From: a virus
Lineage: Duplodnaviria; Caudoviricetes
DNA length: 24,494 bases
Strand: one strand, 5' to 3'
IMG/VR virus record: IMGVR_UViG_3300032208_000095
Coordinates: 1 to 24,494 of that record
The position numbers and the translations under genes are program-made. Within the stretch, counting starts at the first letter, position 1. Each line of letters begins with the position of its first letter. Positions 23,301 to 24,494 of the stretch are shown here, in pieces. The notes under the pieces were generated by a model, which did not search any database, was not told the origin of the DNA, and saw only the letters and a list, made by a program, of their open reading frames with translations.

Positions 23301-24494
23301 AGAAGAATGGTGCCTCAGTCTCATACACTGCAATCTCTGCAAGTGCATTATCAAGGATAAAGTCTCTATTCTCTTGAATTAGATTGTAAGTATCCTTATA
23401 TCTACCAGCAGGATCGATCTTATTTGATAGGTCAATTGTTACACCATTTGTGGTGTCGCCATCTTCTTCTGCTTGAGAACCTGTCTTACCATTTGTGATA
23501 GAACCACATGGAAGATTAGTATATACTGAGAGGTCAGGTGCTTCATTAGTTGGATCATAAAGATCTGCCTTGACATTCAATAAGTTAGCAATTGCTTGCT
23601 TACATAGGTCTCTTGCTCTTGCAAGCGCCCACGTATATTGATCTTCAGAACCAAGATATGACTGATCAATAGTTCCATCACCATTGAAGTATTCTCTAAC
23701 CTTCTCAATGATGTTGTAGTTGCCACCATCTCTAAGGTCTTCTGCGACAGCATCAACAATGAATCCAATTTCATCTGCTTGGATTGATGTGCCACCATAG
23801 GTGTCAAGCAGAGACTGCATGACAGTAGCAACGATCTGCTGTCTGTTATCAACAATTAGGTTGCGAGCATCAAAGTATCTGTTCGCTTGAGGATCTCTGC
23901 CAGGATTGACATAAGAAATGTTCTGGAGTCTTGGATACTTCTCTAGGATATAACCGAAGACTTCCTCCTGGATCATGCGACGGTTGCTCTCAATGAGATT
24001 AGCAGCGTCTGCATAAGTGCTGTTAATGCTGAATCCAGATGGGTTCAGGATAGATGGTGCAGCAATATACTTAACGAAACCAGTTGGTTCTAGTGATGCG
24101 GTGAACTCTTCTGTACCACCAGCAGTTGCTGGATCTAGTTTTACATATAGTTTTTCATCACTCTTTGCACCTAGTCTATAACCCTGGATGGTTACAGCGG
24201 GACGATCAATTGGTTGAATGATATCTTCACTGCCAAGATACAACTTAGTGAAGTTGTCCTGCTCTTGGATAGTGCCTTGGATGTCAATAGTGTAGTATTG
24301 AACTTTCTTAGTATTTGCCTCAGACTCCTCAATAACCTTTGGAGGAATAATGTCAGTAATAAAACCTGCTTTATCCTGGTTGAATGCAAATCCTTTGAAA
24401 CCGATTGCATGTAGTGAGGTATTACCGAAGTTAGAGTTCGAGTTGGTGATCGACATGTCACCACCTGACTCCATCAGGAAGTGATCAGCGAAAC
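13978..24494 (-). CDS. giant virion structural protein (more than 3500 aa, 5'-truncated)
   Basis: The frame stays open upstream of the called ATG (FADHFL-MESGGDMSITNSNSNFG), so the gene starts outside the window. Contains motifs I associate with cyanomyophage structural proteins (SITNSNSNFG; RAGNHTFEYLGFGPGNYSTGLP; VFYTGLNSNGDLYIGN), helical Cys repeats and a T4 gp9/gp10-like C-terminal domain. Confidence 0.9.
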   Translation of the reverse strand, partial: FADHFLMESGGDMSITNSNSNFGNTSLHAIGFKGFAFNQDKAGFITDIIPPKVIEESEANTKKVQYYTIDIQGTIQEQDNFTKLYLGSEDIIQPIDRPAVTIQGYRLGAKSDEKLYVKLDPATAGGTEEFTASLEPTGFVKYIAAPSILNPSGFSINSTYADAANLIESNRRMIQEEVFGYILEKYPRLQNISYVNPGRDPQANRYFDARNLIVDNRQQIVATVMQSLLDTYGGTSIQADEIGFIVDAVAEDLRDGGNYNIIEKVREYFNGDGTIDQSYLGSEDQYTWALARARDLCKQAIANLLNVKADLYDPTNEAPDLSVYTNLPCGSITNGKTGSQAEEDGDTTNGVTIDLSNKIDPAGRYKDTYNLIQENRDFILDNALAEIAVYETEAPFFYFPEDDQETSRSRFKSAYRFIRRNSADTIQYAIDAINAQFPTFVFPNNSDEKCRRDLGYFIEAVGMDIFLGGNRWTRDFISQYFSGTYSGTPNWIVGGLQGEEAQSIWGFNAARDHMIQAVSNQLTGGYNEREVGVDGDPGYVPGISPGEAIYGDGNGDVANTDPAACTDVQNAIASLTSIVTQVINQGNDASLTDPGHPNYVVPTGSSSPIGESKCRRDIGHILDAVQQDLWFGGNEYCIAAARAYFMRDGAPRPDGLVGEQAQSITAFKRVADAVNRAINNQLHYKDNTITLDAVGDPVVLGDIYADGYNQLMANKEFIAEEAYQRMLAAFPSYEPQPTNTKQDCLDDVYNVLDQVAWNLKFGGNSKTYDAAEVYVTNIFAGLNPERFTPTDVSYDPATGVSVFSIPGHGMTTGDYIKIADNSITFTCELDNNATQHTYPRPGSDPYAGQWIEITAHTLNTITVNVGVSSDTSAHTFVSAATDSILKGVQVETFLDPERDEAARVFVEVNTISRDVIRNRPVSVSANNGISQVFDNTLVDDWDSPQYGANACAPVVSAFDTLMGIIIQSIGTDAGVGDISLITRTEPAQPTTYELGNCSDVLQTIDTLIGIITDITNTSTFDPPPIDHGEWDCANVRSTVETLFDIALDAFTGSNLEGLPVVNRGSFITDAEASKCFRDVSYIVDAVVNDLRLGGNINSVQAGEAYYVGNQLEYIDGEKTETIDAWNYVGQMATAAMRNFDFLAYNCTTTAGSAIVDIGDTRGVLIGMSVAEYDETDLVNPAYVNGLLQDGATRNFANIPEETYVKRIVSNTEIELGIRGSKLDQGASVLAQVNSTTTNLYFVFPQGSWADTEPTTVTVGPESEGPDVIQDTLTSPSQRECAGTADAIETLIGNITTIINSGLGSVTRVEQTANISLFASRATVFTINTSGTGVSNPHDFETGTPVRLVPRPRFDVALGKFVDVDKRLVRLPNGFDTNTTYYVIAPGRTTAPNDFSNTTFFNGSDQTKLMLATSRENAAAGIYLYSSESESIDKDVEIDIYQFVLDEKYDLHNYKAKLTSAVNAGIETDVPHIFDVPFASVTPHKVFFREVEGGTLPEVSTTYAADADVAVQDPNDANFGKINPQIEFFARYQNDRVFTIHKTHADAINNVNPITFVPGQTITFNVYANKRRSPVKFDPAFSRLTNKSGKWYVNCKDEGSSNNFLAVREQNIFWRIKQSDLADRNRSTDTWFTRLEDERGADDRTYKIRYVIPKYIENARDPINGFVLKTRTDDTRKLVPQKLLLKPVAGTVYGARFENPRQAGEFIGVNQANFDANSLNIDAAYDPYLSPAFARFNSGIQATIQSARYVEDTLDPTIQYLEMTVFDHTVDTLNFSGLRNESFTTVKINAPQGGEWTVNKTESVTANQITWSGNSTGLANLHAYMTVNGEHYLILKNIRGGKLEFSEYYETRFQQGSTFATMLEDQDMGKSLPLKTLIRKNYPEYFYKQNGANVYTITPGDRIQDDAGIEYYVESVEDAGIIDDTFYVFSYETLQRRIAGQQDGVYYLSCLRGNISPFPTGAGAGGNFRKFKFSQPVSRLYPLDYKNDPLWFQKNGTSAEELALAVQSIDPPATYSAADNYIHGLVTTNDYKNSVTRELVEDFTNQPAFIMNDYSGDNAIQAQSGNATSGSEDRKIKISGNSTVLADQRYYVELRRPSIARAGNHTFEYLGFGPGNYSTGLPARQEIVLTPTEDFYAQSKKQDAGIVFYTGLNSNGDLYIGNRKINAITGEETFLEAAVLESSADDDEDIGNLVTTFDTPVTFNQNITVVGGDGSQQNVFQSPVVISVQDNDLTEVRDTLIIRSNVSSVDPITNLEQDESLDRTAFKVVNDGDIRISKNRVQAAIFGFNARGTGQGYQIQTHITNGLPSNITPNNNSIPADGGDRVYANQFVSYNGVAVKAGDILLKGVEVGKTGSWGWIYANYYQTIPQNNIFTIEFDGTNIVKLTFVDDNGVDVSNSAVGITSGSQIRVNNYPDSRLNSVWQVYSPNGDAFNPANNYVHFQVTDAIPVNLLSWRGTGGVTDVPQGQVAPTIDFSNSNWKEMGVVGAEALRTNTETIGDYKLGINTIARAAHIATQTAWISDETDPRANLDVVGNVFISGKTVPNFLTETTVARTENPMDNALLVGGDSTDPDDDAVLRVMTTNGGRLGINTSVNDVVNPQNNLDQTLVVVGTGRITGDTEFSSDIQVNGGDLTTTNNTFNFVPQNANILNWAGEGQIFNFLNNTNVDQSINIANSSSNQTIQIGNAATETSLRIHRNSTNAIVDIASVNDDVANNCEITLGGAWGNTASFTEIGTRQTLIAGELEIGTRYGAGTSTSRLFTQTRVVDIFDGDQTNTVNFAVNATQLQMGSTGGFTTVRNTLNVLASAVVEGNIRLDGGLNAGILEIGRGKFGTTIVAHNVGGLENPNIDFYKYQTTGKFIDTAGVSTWGSNAFLLAGGQIASIDTIVNNGAEFRPSATYSFLTATTTGLGVGATFTVLVRADSTIDITVESPGSGYVAGDTLTITNDQLGGGVGGGDLTFNVGATNDAGQTYFLPITTPTVTDFRVGDLLLIDRGDPASPDTVGVAPNELTGLRDESQSEIVRVVGLANVANPADPNGYRLIVSRGQEGTGVYDNHPDNCVIAKLVKQSNASYITGSDLDLDGNIDIPESGIGNGTGNVRIGVAEFGGTISTRDLLRLTGTEFVSIEALITTSPQSLSVNDGGDPAAEVFKVESTTGDTYIFGDILAGTGFNRFTVDSDTGNTVTQGTLTTNNTITLRGSTFAANVGSADFEVAGVPTPFGNSEIFKLTPQGNTEFLTLTNGGNSDVQEAVTFQVDTATGSIFSLGDMRFYGKDEDGVADQTVPRLEFINSSGDFTVYGSLSALGSGPSKFGGSIVVNTGGLDMTFRDGAGEAQDRRVVVKDENEGEMFSIESDGAMQIAGINNYFTRTGGPKWVATSETVINAEANVNYFVNATGNTLFKLPSNPLIGDTIRIIDISGALTYNLSLVVRAPDDVKVQKELSNTGSAVLVGVPPSAYAGYNGGELVVQTPNAAFGLVYAGSVDPDGNSSNVPSALTGWYLMDV
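20590..24015 (-). repeat. tandem alpha-helical protein repeats (A-x-x-L-I-x-x-N...P / KCxRD...GGN / C-x-x-V-x-x-x-I-x-T-L)
   Basis: Five ...D-L-x-x-GGN segments, four carrying a Cys (codons 23143, 22651, 22261, 21268). Five C-capped amphipathic helices (Cys codons 22798, 21640, 21502, 21397, 20653). A 15-nt exact DNA repeat gtctctacggcactt at 22642-22656 and 23134-23148. Confidence 0.85.
21841..22134 (-). other. small beta-domain inserted among the helical repeats (YDPATG...GHG...GD-x-I-K-I...FTC...HTYPR...DP...TITVNVG)
   Basis: Motif I recognise as a recurrent module in cyanomyophage fibre/baseplate proteins. Here it is a single copy interrupting a helical repeat. Confidence 0.6.

Noticed and set aside
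341-24464. The many short plus-strand ORFs and alternative-frame minus-strand ORFs in the track
   Set aside because: All lie inside long, motif-bearing minus-strand genes and have no recognisable motifs; they are antisense or off-frame shadows of biased codon usage.
24472-24474. ATG called as the start of the 3498-aa ORF
   Set aside because: The frame is open to the window edge (FADHFL precedes it) and the Met falls inside a conserved-looking motif, so the true start is upstream.
1-24494. tRNA, CRISPR array, intron/intein or intrinsic terminator
   Set aside because: Almost no intergenic space, no regularly spaced repeats, no intein or homing-endonuclease motifs and no hairpin plus U-tract found by eye.

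Overview
All real genes in this window lie on the minus strand and form a tightly packed virion-structure region of a T4-like marine myophage, most likely a Synechococcus/Prochlorococcus cyanomyophage (inferred from gene content, a TAAATA late-promoter motif, 2OG-Fe(II) oxygenases and a DUF4385-like gene). In transcription order: (1) a giant virion protein of more than 3500 aa, 5'-truncated by the window edge; (2) two small tail-collar/HxH fibre proteins; (3) two Ig-like, lectin-tipped proteins that together hold three copies of a ~260-aa module; (4) a 1014-aa Ig-repeat plus tail-collar/HxH fibre; (5) three different 2OG-Fe(II) oxygenases around a tail-assembly-chaperone-like gene; (6) two hypothetical genes; (7) a sigma70-type promoter and the start of a DUF4385-like gene. 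Two observations stand out. First, the giant protein has tandem helical repeats resembling phycobiliprotein subunits, including both bilin-attachment Cys motifs (KCxRD and the beta-155-like xxC-helix). Second, there is an apparent split-domain plug-and-socket system: three adhesin modules end in the N-half of an Ig-like repeat whose C-half forms the N-terminus of the downstream fibre. All family assignments are by-eye motif recognition; no searches were run.
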